64,000 nt of DNA. Origin: a virus. The DNA lies in the IMG/VR virus record IMGVR_UViG_3300031334_000002, positions 1 through 64,000 of that record; one strand, given 5' to 3'. Positions 19,544-30,718 of the stretch are shown piece after piece (the first letter of the stretch is position 1; every line of letters begins with the position of its first letter). The translations under genes and the position numbers were made by a program. The notes beneath the pieces were generated by a model that worked only from the letters and a program-made list of their open reading frames with translations, was not told the origin of the DNA and did not search any database.

Positions 19544-21843
19544 TATTGCCCAAGGGTTGTTTTAGCAGCATCACTTTGAACAAACGAACTTTCAGACTCG
19601 CCTCTTAGTGCGTTACTATTTCCAGCACTAAACATTTCATTGGCAGCTTGTGTTTTTTCTAGTGCAGAAATAACCGCATTTCTTATTCGATCAGCACTAA
19701 CTGATACTCCATGTCTTCCATTTTGTCCCACATGGTTCCAATAAACAGCATCTCGTAGGAGACCGATAGCATTTGGATCTCCGTTAACAACGTCCTCTAA
19801 ATTTACATCAGTGTGGTTTGTACCTGTAAATCCTTTTTCTACTAATTGTTGGATATTGGATGATATTATACCAACATCGGGATCTTGTTGTTGTAGACTC
19901 GATTTTATTTCGTTTCGTGCTTGGTCTAGATTTTCAAATTGTTGTCCCGATCTTAACTTATCTTTAAATTGCATAACCGAGTTTCTATCGTTATTACTCA
20001 GCTCACCTAAAGTCGTAGTTTGTTCTTGACCCTCACCTCTTAATTGACGAGCCATGATTTCATTTTCATTAAGAAACATTTCCTGATTATCTTTACCTGA
20101 TAGACGAGCTAGGGCTTGCGCCCTAGCCACATCTGTCAAGTTAGCTACGTCTTGGATACTATACTGAGTGGGATCATATTCATTTAGTAACGTAGCTGGG
20201 TCTAAATTGTATCTTTCTTCACCTGTAATGCCTAGTATTTCTCTATCTTGAGCTGAGAGTCCTTGACCTGATTGTAATTTATCTTGTAGTTCTTTTATGT
20301 AACTACCTTCTCCACTTTGAACTCTACTTTCTAGATCTTGCTGTAGCGTTTCGTTTGCTGTGTCTAGTCCTTGCTGTAATTCTTTTTGTAAATTCTCAGT
20401 TCCAAGTCTTAGTTCATCTTGACTAATCCTTCCTTGCTCGAAAGCATCTTTCAACATTCTTTGAGTGTTCTGTGCTTGATCTCTTAGACCCTGAACTAAC
20501 GAAGAACTTGCTTCTTTATTTCCACTTAATATCAAATTATCTAGAGTAGCTTGACCTGAAGTATACCCGCCTTGCTGACCAAAGTTTTGTCTTAGTAGGT
20601 TTCTTCTTCCTTCACTGGTATTAGATAGTTCCGCTGAACTAGAAAGTTCATCTGATTCTCGTTGCTGCGTGGTTAAATTAAGTATAGCATCATCAAACCT
20701 CTCAACGCCAGTTCTTAGGTCATTAAATCTCTGAATGTCATCCTGAGTTAATTCTTGAGAAGCATTATCTATCTTTTCCTGAATAGCAGCCATTTCAGTT
20801 TGAAGTTGGTTTTTATTTTGGAATAATCTTTGTTGTTCTTGTGCTCTATTATATTCATCCTGAAGCTGGTCTAACTTGCCCCGCTGTGTTTGATTTTGAC
20901 CTTGTGCTTCTTGTTGAGCGTTTAGGCTTTGTCTGTATTGTTGAAAAGAGTCTAAACGTCCAGTCAAAGTATTCAGTTCATCTATTAGTCCCGGATTACC
21001 TGTCCCTAGTTGTAGTTGTTCGTTTATTTGATTAACTCTAGTCTGATCTTGCTGTAAACTCTGATCTACAGCTTGAATCATGTTTTGATCTCCAGAAGCA
21101 AGTCCTTGTTGAACTTGTTCATTGTCGAAGTAAGTAGGGGTCACTCTTACGCCTTCTTGAAATCTATTATATGTCATTTGCTCACCAGACTGTACTGGTT
21201 GATTTAACTGTTGTCCAAAGTTCTGCGCCTGTTGATTAAAGTTTTGTTGTGCTTGATTGTAAGCCTGTTGTGATTGATCGTAAGCTATTTGTTCTGTAGC
21301 TTGGTTTTGTTTATTTTGATTTATATTTGCTGTTTGGTCTGTAAGATTGGGATTAAACTGATCATACCTCTGTTGTGTATCCGACTGTTGTTGCTGTAAC
21401 ATAGGGGTACTTTCTTGAATTTGAGCTTGTTGTATCGTTTGTTGACCAAAGTTCTGAGCCCCTTGTATCCTATTGCGGTTAGACTCGACCCTAGACATGA
21501 AATCGTTCTTTTGTTTACTTATTGCATTTTGAACGTTCTGGTTTTGCATTCCTGTATTTTTTTGAATGTTCTGGGACATATTCTGAGCCCCAGCTTTGTT
21601 TTGATTAATATACTTTTGGATATTAGTGAACATACCTGAAGAGGCTTTCTTAGAAGCTCCTGAGGGTGCCTTGGGGGCAGTCTGGGTGTTAGTGTTACCG
21701 ACAGTAGCACTTTGTGGTCCAGACACGTTTAAATCTTGATTCTGAGCTTGTGGTTGATTGTTTTGTTGGGTAGCGTTAGACTGAGGGGCAAGTATATCCA
21801 TGCCCGACTTTTCGTTGTCGTCCTCTTTTGGTATGTAAGCCAT
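19543..21843 (-). CDS. Gln-rich internal virion/ejection protein
   Basis: Very Q/N-rich coiled coils; sits between nozzle and pilot genes. Confidence 0.55.
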   Translation of the reverse strand: MAYIPKEDDNEKSGMDILAPQSNATQQNNQPQAQNQDLNVSGPQSATVGNTNTQTAPKAPSGASKKASSGMFTNIQKYINQNKAGAQNMSQNIQKNTGMQNQNVQNAISKQKNDFMSRVESNRNRIQGAQNFGQQTIQQAQIQESTPMLQQQQSDTQQRYDQFNPNLTDQTANINQNKQNQATEQIAYDQSQQAYNQAQQNFNQQAQNFGQQLNQPVQSGEQMTYNRFQEGVRVTPTYFDNEQVQQGLASGDQNMIQAVDQSLQQDQTRVNQINEQLQLGTGNPGLIDELNTLTGRLDSFQQYRQSLNAQQEAQGQNQTQRGKLDQLQDEYNRAQEQQRLFQNKNQLQTEMAAIQEKIDNASQELTQDDIQRFNDLRTGVERFDDAILNLTTQQRESDELSSSAELSNTSEGRRNLLRQNFGQQGGYTSGQATLDNLILSGNKEASSSLVQGLRDQAQNTQRMLKDAFEQGRISQDELRLGTENLQKELQQGLDTANETLQQDLESRVQSGEGSYIKELQDKLQSGQGLSAQDREILGITGEERYNLDPATLLNEYDPTQYSIQDVANLTDVARAQALARLSGKDNQEMFLNENEIMARQLRGEGQEQTTTLGELSNNDRNSVMQFKDKLRSGQQFENLDQARNEIKSSLQQQDPDVGIISSNIQQLVEKGFTGTNHTDVNLEDVVNGDPNAIGLLRDAVYWNHVGQNGRHGVSVSADRIRNAVISALEKTQAANEMFSAGNSNALRGESESSFVQSDAAKTTLGQ

Positions 21844-21885
21844 TTAATCCTCGTATAATATCCTATATCTAGTTGTTATTTCAAC

Positions 21886-22299
21886 CTAGTATATGACTTC
21901 ACATAACAGTTGAAAGCGGTTAGAAGCAGGTAAACCTGTAATTTTATTGACTTTATATAGTGAATTGCCCGTAGGTTCAAACGAAATGAAAGGTGAAGCA
22001 TTAGGGAATACCGCCCTATTCGTAAGATTTTGAGCACTTAAAACAACAATACCTCTAATAGTATTTCCGGTTTCAGTTCTGAAAGTTATTGGATTTATTG
22101 AGTTTCCAGATCCATCTAATGTCACGTCTATCGTTATTAACTCTCTATTTATGTTGTCGTAGTCCAACCTACCATTAACAGTATCAACGGTCTGTGTCAT
22201 AAAGTAATTAAATATTTCAGCAAACTTAGCTACTAACTCACGATCCTCTTCTTCAAAATCTTCTATCCTAAGTCTTTGCACATTTGATAGTCTAGTCAT
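21886..22299 (-). CDS. Virion structural protein
   Basis: Synteny downstream of nozzle; beta-rich C-terminus. Confidence 0.45.
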   Translation of the reverse strand: MTRLSNVQRLRIEDFEEEDRELVAKFAEIFNYFMTQTVDTVNGRLDYDNINRELITIDVTLDGSGNSINPITFRTETGNTIRGIVVLSAQNLTNRAVFPNASPFISFEPTGNSLYKVNKITGLPASNRFQLLCEVIY

Positions 22300-25200
22300 T
22301 ATTTATATGCCCTGTTACTAATCTGTCTAACCATTAAAGAAATTCCGTTTATCCTGACTATTTCCCTAGCATTAAGATGGTTAATTTGGACTGTCAAATA
22401 TCGACACCTTTGCTTTTCAAGAGGTATTAAAGTTCTAAAAGGAACATCGTTACCTAAGCCTCCCCAAGTACCTGTACCCCAAAAAGGTGTACCCCATTCA
22501 CCAATTCCCAGTCCACTAAAATTAGTAGAGACGAAGGACGCAGATTGATCACTGGCGTAAGCTATAGACCCACCATAGAAAGCACTTTGGTCGAATAAGA
22601 TTGTTCCTTGTCTTATTTGTTTTAGCAGTGTTGGGTCTCCAAAGTGTTCTGGGGCATATTGAACTTTTACTGGTATCCCTTTGAATATTGTTATAGAACC
22701 TTCCACGAATGGCGTATCGAAAAGTCCAGTAAGTAAGTTGCCTTGAGTTGTCACGCTATCAACGACTACTTCATAAGAAACAAGAAGTGATACTTCTGAG
22801 TAATCTTTAAAAGAAGTACCTGAACTGACAATATTCAATTCTTGCATTAGGTCGTTGTATTGATCTTTTTGTGTTTCGATGTCATTACTGTATACAACAG
22901 GCGTAACCGATATACCATCAGTAATTAATTTATCATTAATATCACCCAACGCATTACTAATCCTAGTACCTGCAGCGTATTGAATAGTCTGTTCGTAATT
23001 CGAACTAGATACTCCGTTATCGATATCTAATTTTTGTAAGAGCCTTCTAATCACAGATAAGGTAACGTATTGATTTTGAAAAACTACATCACCTTTTTCT
23101 ACTTCAGAAACTGTACTTACGCTTAATACATTAGAAGAAACTCCTGAAGGTAATAATGTTAAATTAAAATCTCTGTCAGAATAGTCTGTTCTGTTGTTGT
23201 TTTTACGTTCCTGAGTTAGTGTATTTCTATCACCTGCTCCTATTATTAATTTATCATTTCTACTAGTTACCATACCACAAGTAGCGTCTATAATGAATCT
23301 AGTCCAAGTTCTAGTAAAAGAGTTAAACCTATAGCATTGTGTTGCCGTCGTATCCTCTTCATTCGTTGGTAACCACAAAAGATAACTTCTATCTGAACTG
23401 TATGATACACCAAATGCTACAGTAGAAAAGTTAAACCTACTATTAACTACATTTTTTATTAAGTTCTCTATAGGTCTTGATATTACCTGTACTCCAGTGT
23501 CTGAAATCCTAACAACACCTTCATCAGTAAGAGCATAGATAACATTATTTAACACAACAGCACTGTCAGGAGCTTTTAGCTCCGTAGACCCATCCAATAA
23601 CCTCACAGTGAAATTGGGAGCAGAGGTTCCAGATATGATATATATGCCGTCTTCCTTTAATGCGAATAAGTTATCTCTTAGAGGTAGTATTCTGAGTATC
23701 GGTTTGTCTTTAGGACCGATATCAATAAAATTAACTATAGGGACAGCCTCTGGTCTATTGCTTTTTGAGAAGTATATCCTATTGGGTTTTTCTTCATTAT
23801 CAGAAAAGTTACTTCCTAAAAATACCTCTCCTTCATTGAGGGTGTCTGTTGTTGTTTCAAAAGGTATAGTAAAATTATTATTATTTATCTTAGTGATCAA
23901 AAACGATCCTCTAATTATAGGACTTGAAGCTAAGTTTTCAACAAAAACAGTTTGACCTGTTGCATATCCATGACTGACGGATTCAATGTTAGTAGCTGTT
24001 CCTAATGTGGTTGATGTTATAGTCTTTTCTAAATTTAAACTAGGGTCGAAACTAGGTTGTGTGTTTAGGTCTGATGTCGCTATGTAAAATGTATCATCTA
24101 CTAATGTTTTAGCTTCTAGCAAGATTATCCCCGGAACGTCGTTTGCTGAGGAAAGATAATAAGCATTAACTGGGGATAGACTATCTGCGTTAATAACTTT
24201 AACTATACTTCTAGCAGTTTCATCTATACTTGCGGCAACTGATATTTGATTAGAAAGAAGAAATTCTTGCAAGCCAGTGTCTTCTCCATCCCCTTCTGTA
24301 GAAGGAGCAGAAAATACAAACCCTGTACTTTCTGAAACGGAATCCCTAGCGTTTTCAGTTACGATACCATTCTTAGACCATGTTATAGTCATAACTGAAC
24401 CTAAAACTGAAATTTCAAAATCACCGGTAGTAGCAAGTGCTGTTGCTATTTTTACTGCAATATCATCAGTAGAATCTCCACTATTATAACGGACCCTAAC
24501 TGCTATTTTATTATCGAATTCAGAATCAGTAGGTAGTGGGTCATTACCATCTTCGTCGAAATAAACAAAATACTTCCTCTGGTTTCTAGCTGAGTCGATT
24601 AACCAACCTTTACCGCCTATTGTATTAGAGTTTACTTCTATATCTTGAACTTGAGTTTCACCTATCGCTGTGTATTTTCTTTTAACTTGGTCGTTAGCTA
24701 TGATAAAATCAGAAACTCCAGATGTAAAAGAAAGAACAGAAACTAAGTTAAAAGTTAACTTATGAGTTGTTTTAGTATTTGAAAAAAACGTAGAACCATT
24801 AAAAAGTGCTATATCTTTTGCTACTGGAGGTCTAGAGTTCGCTTGAGTTATGCCTTCTCCAGATATAGGATTCGTGTATAAAAAAGCTGCTGAAGCTCTA
24901 AAATCCTCGGGTGTTATATCTTCAATTGTTACTTCGGTTAAGAGATCTCCGTTCGAATCTAGCGGATTTCCTTCGAATACTAAATTCATTTCGTCCCCCG
25001 GATCAATATCATCAAGGGTTAATCCGTCAGGGACTGTTACTGAAGTAGTTCTGTATATTTGATAGAAATAGGTATTGTCTATTCCAGAAGGAACACTAAA
25101 ATTAACAGTTGTATTTGCAGAAGTTCCCTCTGTTACTGATCCTTGTTCTAAAACTGTAGTAGTAAAATTAGTAGCCGGTCCTCCTGATGTTTCGTAGTCA

Positions 25201-26099
25201 GCAACGTCGTCTACGTTTTCTGCTTCTACTACCGAAACTTGAACTGCATTAGAACTAATCGATACTTCAAACTCAAATAAATTAGATATAGCGTCAGCTG
25301 TTTTAGATGCTGTAGTCAAGTTTGTTTGACCGGGACTTGATAAATTTATTTCAATACCAGTTTTTCCTAAGGTTTCTGCTGTCTGAGGTTCTTCATCCGT
25401 ACCCGATAACTGATACCAAATAAAATAATCATTTACGCTTGACGAAAAAGTAAAATACTCTGCGGTTGTAGGAACGGATGTGAATGTTATCTGAAAAGTC
25501 TCTGAAACCTCCACCGAGTTGCTTGTGTTAGTTAATACGAAACGTTCTGAAGGGTGTCCCAAGAGTAAATTACTATTGTTATCTTTTTTTCCCCACAAAA
25601 CTCTATATGCGGTTTTACTTTGAGGAGGAAGAAATCCGCTTTGATTAAACAATAAAGACGCCTCCAAAGATACTGCCCTAGGTACACCTGCTTCTTCTAT
25701 CGAATCAACAGTCACTTGGGAAGAGTTAACTGCTGATATCTTTTTAATGCCACTATTTTCTGTAAAGTAAAAATTACCGTTTGCTTCTAATGATTTTATT
25801 CTAAGACCAGCTTTTAGTTCTTGATATGAACCAATAAAATCAGTAAAAACTCCAGAACCGTTATCATATTGTAGTTGATCGTTAAAGTGTCTAATAATTA
25901 AATCTTTATACTCACTAACTTGTTTCACTCGATCATCAATGTTAGGAAGATCATCACCAAACTCAGCTTGACCTCTTCTAATTTCGATAACATCATCTTC
26001 GTCTATTATGATATTATTAGCAATATCCATGGCTCCATCAGGAACTGTCGTTTCATTTTTGTACGTGTACAGTCCTTTTGCGTTAAGTGTAAATGGCAT
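22299..26099 (-). CDS. Tail nozzle / tail tubular protein B-like with inserted domains
   Basis: PDGAMDIANNI...IEIRRG N-terminus, NRIYFS...PE, SRPIE, WG..WG..WG, RCRY C-terminus. Confidence 0.75.
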   Translation of the reverse strand: MPFTLNAKGLYTYKNETTVPDGAMDIANNIIIDEDDVIEIRRGQAEFGDDLPNIDDRVKQVSEYKDLIIRHFNDQLQYDNGSGVFTDFIGSYQELKAGLRIKSLEANGNFYFTENSGIKKISAVNSSQVTVDSIEEAGVPRAVSLEASLLFNQSGFLPPQSKTAYRVLWGKKDNNSNLLLGHPSERFVLTNTSNSVEVSETFQITFTSVPTTAEYFTFSSSVNDYFIWYQLSGTDEEPQTAETLGKTGIEINLSSPGQTNLTTASKTADAISNLFEFEVSISSNAVQVSVVEAENVDDVADYETSGGPATNFTTTVLEQGSVTEGTSANTTVNFSVPSGIDNTYFYQIYRTTSVTVPDGLTLDDIDPGDEMNLVFEGNPLDSNGDLLTEVTIEDITPEDFRASAAFLYTNPISGEGITQANSRPPVAKDIALFNGSTFFSNTKTTHKLTFNLVSVLSFTSGVSDFIIANDQVKRKYTAIGETQVQDIEVNSNTIGGKGWLIDSARNQRKYFVYFDEDGNDPLPTDSEFDNKIAVRVRYNSGDSTDDIAVKIATALATTGDFEISVLGSVMTITWSKNGIVTENARDSVSESTGFVFSAPSTEGDGEDTGLQEFLLSNQISVAASIDETARSIVKVINADSLSPVNAYYLSSANDVPGIILLEAKTLVDDTFYIATSDLNTQPSFDPSLNLEKTITSTTLGTATNIESVSHGYATGQTVFVENLASSPIIRGSFLITKINNNNFTIPFETTTDTLNEGEVFLGSNFSDNEEKPNRIYFSKSNRPEAVPIVNFIDIGPKDKPILRILPLRDNLFALKEDGIYIISGTSAPNFTVRLLDGSTELKAPDSAVVLNNVIYALTDEGVVRISDTGVQVISRPIENLIKNVVNSRFNFSTVAFGVSYSSDRSYLLWLPTNEEDTTATQCYRFNSFTRTWTRFIIDATCGMVTSRNDKLIIGAGDRNTLTQERKNNNRTDYSDRDFNLTLLPSGVSSNVLSVSTVSEVEKGDVVFQNQYVTLSVIRRLLQKLDIDNGVSSSNYEQTIQYAAGTRISNALGDINDKLITDGISVTPVVYSNDIETQKDQYNDLMQELNIVSSGTSFKDYSEVSLLVSYEVVVDSVTTQGNLLTGLFDTPFVEGSITIFKGIPVKVQYAPEHFGDPTLLKQIRQGTILFDQSAFYGGSIAYASDQSASFVSTNFSGLGIGEWGTPFWGTGTWGGLGNDVPFRTLIPLEKQRCRYLTVQINHLNAREIVRINGISLMVRQISNRAYK

Positions 26100-27061
26100 T
26101 AGTTACCTCTAAATTTGTTACGGTTTCCGTTTACTGCATCTCTAAGGGGACTATGGCGAGGCTTGATCTTTTGCGGAGCACCTTCCACTCTATTATCTAT
26201 TAGGTTAGTTACTGCTTTTTCCATTTTCATAAGTTTTCTTGTTGCATTTGTTAAGCCTTCGGTGTCACCTAACGCTTGTAAACAAAGTAAAGCCCCTCGT
26301 TGAGCTAAGATTGCATGTAGTTCAGTTGGCATTTGGGGATATGGTGACTCTTCGGCTTGACATATGTAGTCTCCAGAAACTAAATCAGAAGGTAACATAT
26401 CATTATTAATAGTTACTGACTTAGTGTTCTTATTTATAGAGGTTGCTTGTATATCAAACTTTTTCAATTTATTAGGAGACTTACTACCTACTATGTCAAA
26501 TAAAGGATTATTTGCAAAGGTATCAGGAAAGTTATCTATCGTTATAACCGTTTCTGTAGTTCCTTTTGTTATTCCTATAATTTTTCCTGTTTCTTTTACT
26601 AGAACTAGATCGCTAGGTCTTAAATAGAAGTACATGCGTAATTTAGAATTAGGTTGAATAGACAATGAAGGAATAACTACGTTGTTGTTTTCTAAATAAA
26701 AAACCGATGCTTGATTTGTCGAATAAGAACTAGTGTAATCAGATATCTCTTCGAGACTAACTCTTGACAGTTCTGAAGGATTTCCAGCACTGTCAATGTA
26801 TGCAACATCTCTAAGTTTGTTACCTATTGAGCGATAAGGAATCTCATATTGAAAGGGAGCTTCAATATCTGCAGGTATTTCAACATAATTAACTAAATGT
26901 TCCTCGTGTTGTTCCAGCAAGTAAGGGAGAATCCCAGTACTAATCTCTTCGTTCAGTATCTCTAAAAAATCTTCTGACTCAAACGTAGATTGGTCGGTTG
27001 GTATCAGAGCGCGTCTTTTTAGTGATCTGATTAAATCATCAGATGTTAAGGGTTTAGCCAT
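26099..27061 (-). CDS. Head-tail adaptor / tail tubular protein A-like
   Basis: LNEE, YEIP, Y.LRP, MP.ELH.IL pattern; synteny. Confidence 0.7.
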   Translation of the reverse strand: MAKPLTSDDLIRSLKRRALIPTDQSTFESEDFLEILNEEISTGILPYLLEQHEEHLVNYVEIPADIEAPFQYEIPYRSIGNKLRDVAYIDSAGNPSELSRVSLEEISDYTSSYSTNQASVFYLENNNVVIPSLSIQPNSKLRMYFYLRPSDLVLVKETGKIIGITKGTTETVITIDNFPDTFANNPLFDIVGSKSPNKLKKFDIQATSINKNTKSVTINNDMLPSDLVSGDYICQAEESPYPQMPTELHAILAQRGALLCLQALGDTEGLTNATRKLMKMEKAVTNLIDNRVEGAPQKIKPRHSPLRDAVNGNRNKFRGN

Positions 27062-27076
27062 TTTTTTATACCTTTA

Positions 27077-27313
27077 TTATTTAGATTTTTTCTTAGATTC
27101 CATTGCAGCCTTGATGAGGTCTTTCATGTCTCCAGACTTAATACTTTTTACTGTGTCTTCGGCAGCTTCTAGTCCTTCTTCTAGTCCTTCGGCATCATCG
27201 GCTACCACTTTTACTGCCATTTTGCCTTTCAATTCTTCTGGCATCTCGCTTCTTTTCATTTCTGATTTCAAGGATTTAATAGCTTCTCTTCTAGCTTTAT
27301 TGTTATTTTTCAT
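27077..27313 (-). CDS. Small charged late protein
   Basis: Preceded by late motif and GGAG RBS. Confidence 0.55.
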   Translation of the reverse strand: MKNNNKARREAIKSLKSEMKRSEMPEELKGKMAVKVVADDAEGLEEGLEAAEDTVKSIKSGDMKDLIKAAMESKKKSK

Positions 27314-27812
27314 TGATTCTCCTATTTCTAGTTGTTATTAAACTTTCTATATCGTGCGGTTTTACTAAATCAGCGTCTAGGTCGTAATCTCCTAAGTGTT
27401 TAAAAACATGAAGATATAATAATTCGGAACAATTTCTTCCTGTTTTCCAAGGGTTTTTAACCTTAACCCCAAAAACATTAAGTATATCTACCAACACTAT
27501 TCCTACATTTTGCATAACGCCATAAGGAGCACCTGCTTCCTCGTGGCATTCATTTCTAATTGTTAAGTACAATTCATCAGAAACCTCTATTATATATTCT
27601 TTAACTATGTTGTGTTTTTTAATAAACTGCAACTCAGACATATAGTTTACCATTCCGTCTGAAGCTTGATAAAAAGTATCATACTTAAATATAGGACTGT
27701 CCATTCTAAGGGCAACGTGTGAATACTCTTTATTAGTCCAAAGTCTTATAAGCCAAGAACCTATAGCAAATTTCTTTTTGGACTTTGTAAATACTATGTT
27801 TAATTGTCTCAT
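27303..27812 (-). CDS. Permuted papain-like (YiiX/NlpC-P60) amidase/peptidase
   Basis: His motif YSHVAL precedes Cys motif NCSEL; G.PYG. Confidence 0.8.
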   Translation of the reverse strand: MRQLNIVFTKSKKKFAIGSWLIRLWTNKEYSHVALRMDSPIFKYDTFYQASDGMVNYMSELQFIKKHNIVKEYIIEVSDELYLTIRNECHEEAGAPYGVMQNVGIVLVDILNVFGVKVKNPWKTGRNCSELLYLHVFKHLGDYDLDADLVKPHDIESLITTRNRRINEK

Positions 27813-28438
27813 TTTACGTACGCTCTTACTGTTGCCTTTACGCCAACATCAGTGGTTCCGTTTGATGTATATTTTATTCTAATTATTAAACCTAAGAGGT
27901 TTGTTTCAGTAATGGCTTTGTTTTTTGCGTGAGCATATCCCACGGTGTTATCTGATTTATGTATATCAATAGGAATACTATCTAGGTATAAGTGGATATC
28001 CTGCCCTGATACTGGGTGAGCTATGCTCATTGATACAACGTCATCTCTATGAAAATCATACGCTATGAGGTGTCCGTCTTTTACAAATAAGTCTGATGTC
28101 ACTGTATAATCAAAGCTAGTGGTCGTTCCTGCTGTTGCTGTAAAGATAATGCCCTTATCGGACACCCTGTCTCCACCTTGGGGAATGACCTCTTCGTATT
28201 TAACTACTGACTTGTCAGGTGCGGATGCTCCTGTGTGTGAGCTAAGTAATGCGACTAGCAAGGTCTCTTCTTCGGTTGATAAGGGTGCTTTAAAGTTTAT
28301 ATCTAAGTTATCGTTTGCCGCTGATACACTAGCTAATGCTATAGTTATAGAAGACTCTACGATCTCTTTGTTAAGTTGAACCATGTCTACTTTGTTATTT
28401 AAAGTAGCCAAAGAAATGTTGTAATTGTAATTAGTCAT
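27809..28438 (-). CDS. Virion accessory protein
   Basis: Synteny within fibre cluster; beta-rich. Confidence 0.45.
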   Translation of the reverse strand: MTNYNYNISLATLNNKVDMVQLNKEIVESSITIALASVSAANDNLDINFKAPLSTEEETLLVALLSSHTGASAPDKSVVKYEEVIPQGGDRVSDKGIIFTATAGTTTSFDYTVTSDLFVKDGHLIAYDFHRDDVVSMSIAHPVSGQDIHLYLDSIPIDIHKSDNTVGYAHAKNKAITETNLLGLIIRIKYTSNGTTDVGVKATVRAYVK

Positions 28439-29940
28439 TTTGTTCTCCAAACTTCTATGACACTTTCATACACTCTAGATTCCCTATTTGATCTTTCAGG
28501 TCTAAGTTGTAACGTAAAGGTGTGGTTTCCTACTGATAAGTTCTCAGCATAGTGTAGTAAATTGTTTTGTATTCTTTGATCTTCTCTGCTGTCTTTTGGT
28601 TCTATCCTTAGTTCTTTGACTTCTACTCCGTCAAGTAATACTCTAACTAATATGTCGTTAGCTGTCGAGCCATGGCTCCAAAAGAAATCAGCGTTTAGCC
28701 TGTATGTGTTAGTTCCAGTAGACTCTGTTACAGTAAAAGGTAGTTCATCATAAGTAACAAAGGAGTTTCCTGTAACAGTCACAGTTGCTATTCTCGTTGT
28801 ACTGTCTGCGTCTCTTCCGAATACTACTGAATTTAGTTGTGTTTGCAGTTTTCCTATTGCAACAAGTATAGAATCCGATGCTGTTACTAGTGTTGTGTTC
28901 GCAAAGGATAATCCAGTTAAGATGGTTGACCTAACTGTTTCAGCAAAGTCGTTGATTGTTGACGATAGTTGAGTCCCTGTGTGATTAGATCTAGCTCGAT
29001 TATTAGTATCCCTTACGTTCAGTTGTGCAGGAGTTTCATAGCCTTGCGGATTAGAGTTGTTGTACTTTAGGTTCAATGCTGTTTGTGTTGCTGTGGATAT
29101 TGGTTTGTTTAAATCACTTGTGTTATCTACGTTTCCTAGACCTACATCTGTTTTGTCTAGTTGAGAGTTTACCCAAAATGATCCATTATATTGCAAAACT
29201 TCTCCAGTTGTCTGAGTCGGTACTTGAACATCAGTAAGCTCATCTAAGGTTAGGTTCATTAGTGTGCTTATTGGAACTTTAAACCAAGCACAAGGTCTAA
29301 CGTCTACTGCGCCTCCTCCAGTTACCGTTCTAAAGTTTACGACATCTCCTGCGATATATTGTACCGGAGCAGGCAATTCTACAAAACCCGAGTTATTAGA
29401 TTGTAAACCTGTGGTTGCCACGTTTGTGTTGTTTTGAGTTACGGCTATTTCTGTGTTCGTTCCTGAAGTTTCAGCTTGATACGATACAGCAAACAATCTA
29501 GCATTTACTGGTATAGTTACGCCTATGTTTCCTGTTGATCCGTTTCCGAATGAAAACTCTAAACTATTATTAGCTAGTCCTCCGTTTTCTTCAGCCCATA
29601 TAGCAAATATACCAAATTCGTTTGGAGTAACAGTTAACTCTTCTAGTGCGCTTCTTACGTCTTTTGAAACGAAACTAGAACTGTCTAATCTTACAGAATT
29701 TGCAAAATTAGGGAATGAAACGTAGTTAATTCCTTCTGTCGATGATAGGTCAGAAACGCCATCATTTACTACAACCTCTCCTGCGTTTATAAGAGGAGTT
29801 AATTCTAGTACGGAATCTACTGTTGCTAGAGATATGTAATCTTGTGCATTTATTTCTATTTCACCCAATGCTGGAATGTCTATTCCTAAAACATTAAGAT
29901 CTATGATGGTCCCCGTGGTGTTTTTTAATATCTTAGACAT
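28435..29940 (-). CDS. Tail fibre-like protein
   Basis: LDELTDV, DVGLGNVDNTSDLNKPISTATQTAL, RARSNHTGTQ, DSILVAIGKLQ fibre motifs. Confidence 0.8.
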   Translation of the reverse strand: MSKILKNTTGTIIDLNVLGIDIPALGEIEINAQDYISLATVDSVLELTPLINAGEVVVNDGVSDLSSTEGINYVSFPNFANSVRLDSSSFVSKDVRSALEELTVTPNEFGIFAIWAEENGGLANNSLEFSFGNGSTGNIGVTIPVNARLFAVSYQAETSGTNTEIAVTQNNTNVATTGLQSNNSGFVELPAPVQYIAGDVVNFRTVTGGGAVDVRPCAWFKVPISTLMNLTLDELTDVQVPTQTTGEVLQYNGSFWVNSQLDKTDVGLGNVDNTSDLNKPISTATQTALNLKYNNSNPQGYETPAQLNVRDTNNRARSNHTGTQLSSTINDFAETVRSTILTGLSFANTTLVTASDSILVAIGKLQTQLNSVVFGRDADSTTRIATVTVTGNSFVTYDELPFTVTESTGTNTYRLNADFFWSHGSTANDILVRVLLDGVEVKELRIEPKDSREDQRIQNNLLHYAENLSVGNHTFTLQLRPERSNRESRVYESVIEVWRTK

Positions 29941-30416
29941 TAAGAATTACTCCCAGATAAGTTTATACCAACTACCACATTTTTAGCTGATCCTCCAGTT
30001 AGCCTAACCGCTAACTGCCTACCGGTAGTAACAGGTACTGATATTGTTCCACTATCTCCTACCTTAGACGACGTTACTGAGATTGTAGTTAGTATTGTTA
30101 AATTGGCGGAATCTCCCTCGTGTTCGTATATTGTGAGAGTATAAGTATTTAAGTTTTCAGTTGATATATAGATCCTAACAATATTTGCATTATTAAACGT
30201 GACAGCGCGACCCGATCTATTTGAAGAAACTCCTTCGTTACGGAGCCATGTATTTGCACTTATGTTACCAGATCTTCCCCATGAGAACCCCGGAGAAGCC
30301 GATGTTGCAACTTTAGTACTAAGTTCTTCAATAGCACCCTGTACATCATCGGAAGCAAATCCATTACTATCGTTATCAAAAGGAATAGATTCTGCAACCT
30401 GAGATTTTTTTATCAT
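29940..30416 (-). CDS. Short fibre/accessory structural protein
   Basis: DVQGAIEEL trimer motif then beta domain. Confidence 0.55.
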   Translation of the reverse strand: MIKKSQVAESIPFDNDSNGFASDDVQGAIEELSTKVATSASPGFSWGRSGNISANTWLRNEGVSSNRSGRAVTFNNANIVRIYISTENLNTYTLTIYEHEGDSANLTILTTISVTSSKVGDSGTISVPVTTGRQLAVRLTGGSAKNVVVGINLSGSNS

Positions 30417-30718
30417 CCTAGATCCGTCACAACGACATCTACCGTTCCACTGTCAGTGATCATAAAAACCGATTGCCCTTTAATTGCAATTTCAATCCAT
30501 TGTTTTTTTAAAAGAGGTTCTCCTGATGCAACCGTTAATCCCGTTGGACCAACGTATACAGTCTTTGTTCCCTTATTATAGATTCTAACAAATTCTCTTT
30601 CATCAATGTTAGTTGTGGCTCCTATAGCCTCTACTTGAACAATACCTACCGAAATTACTTCTTGCTCATATAGATCAGAGTTAGTGTCATCAAATTCTCC
30701 AGATACTTGTATGCTCAT
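30413..30718 (-). CDS. Small beta-sandwich structural protein
   Basis: R..V.I.N.G..TVYVG motif, paralogous to C-terminus of 31096-31851. Confidence 0.55.
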   Translation of the reverse strand: MSIQVSGEFDDTNSDLYEQEVISVGIVQVEAIGATTNIDEREFVRIYNKGTKTVYVGPTGLTVASGEPLLKKQWIEIAIKGQSVFMITDSGTVDVVVTDLG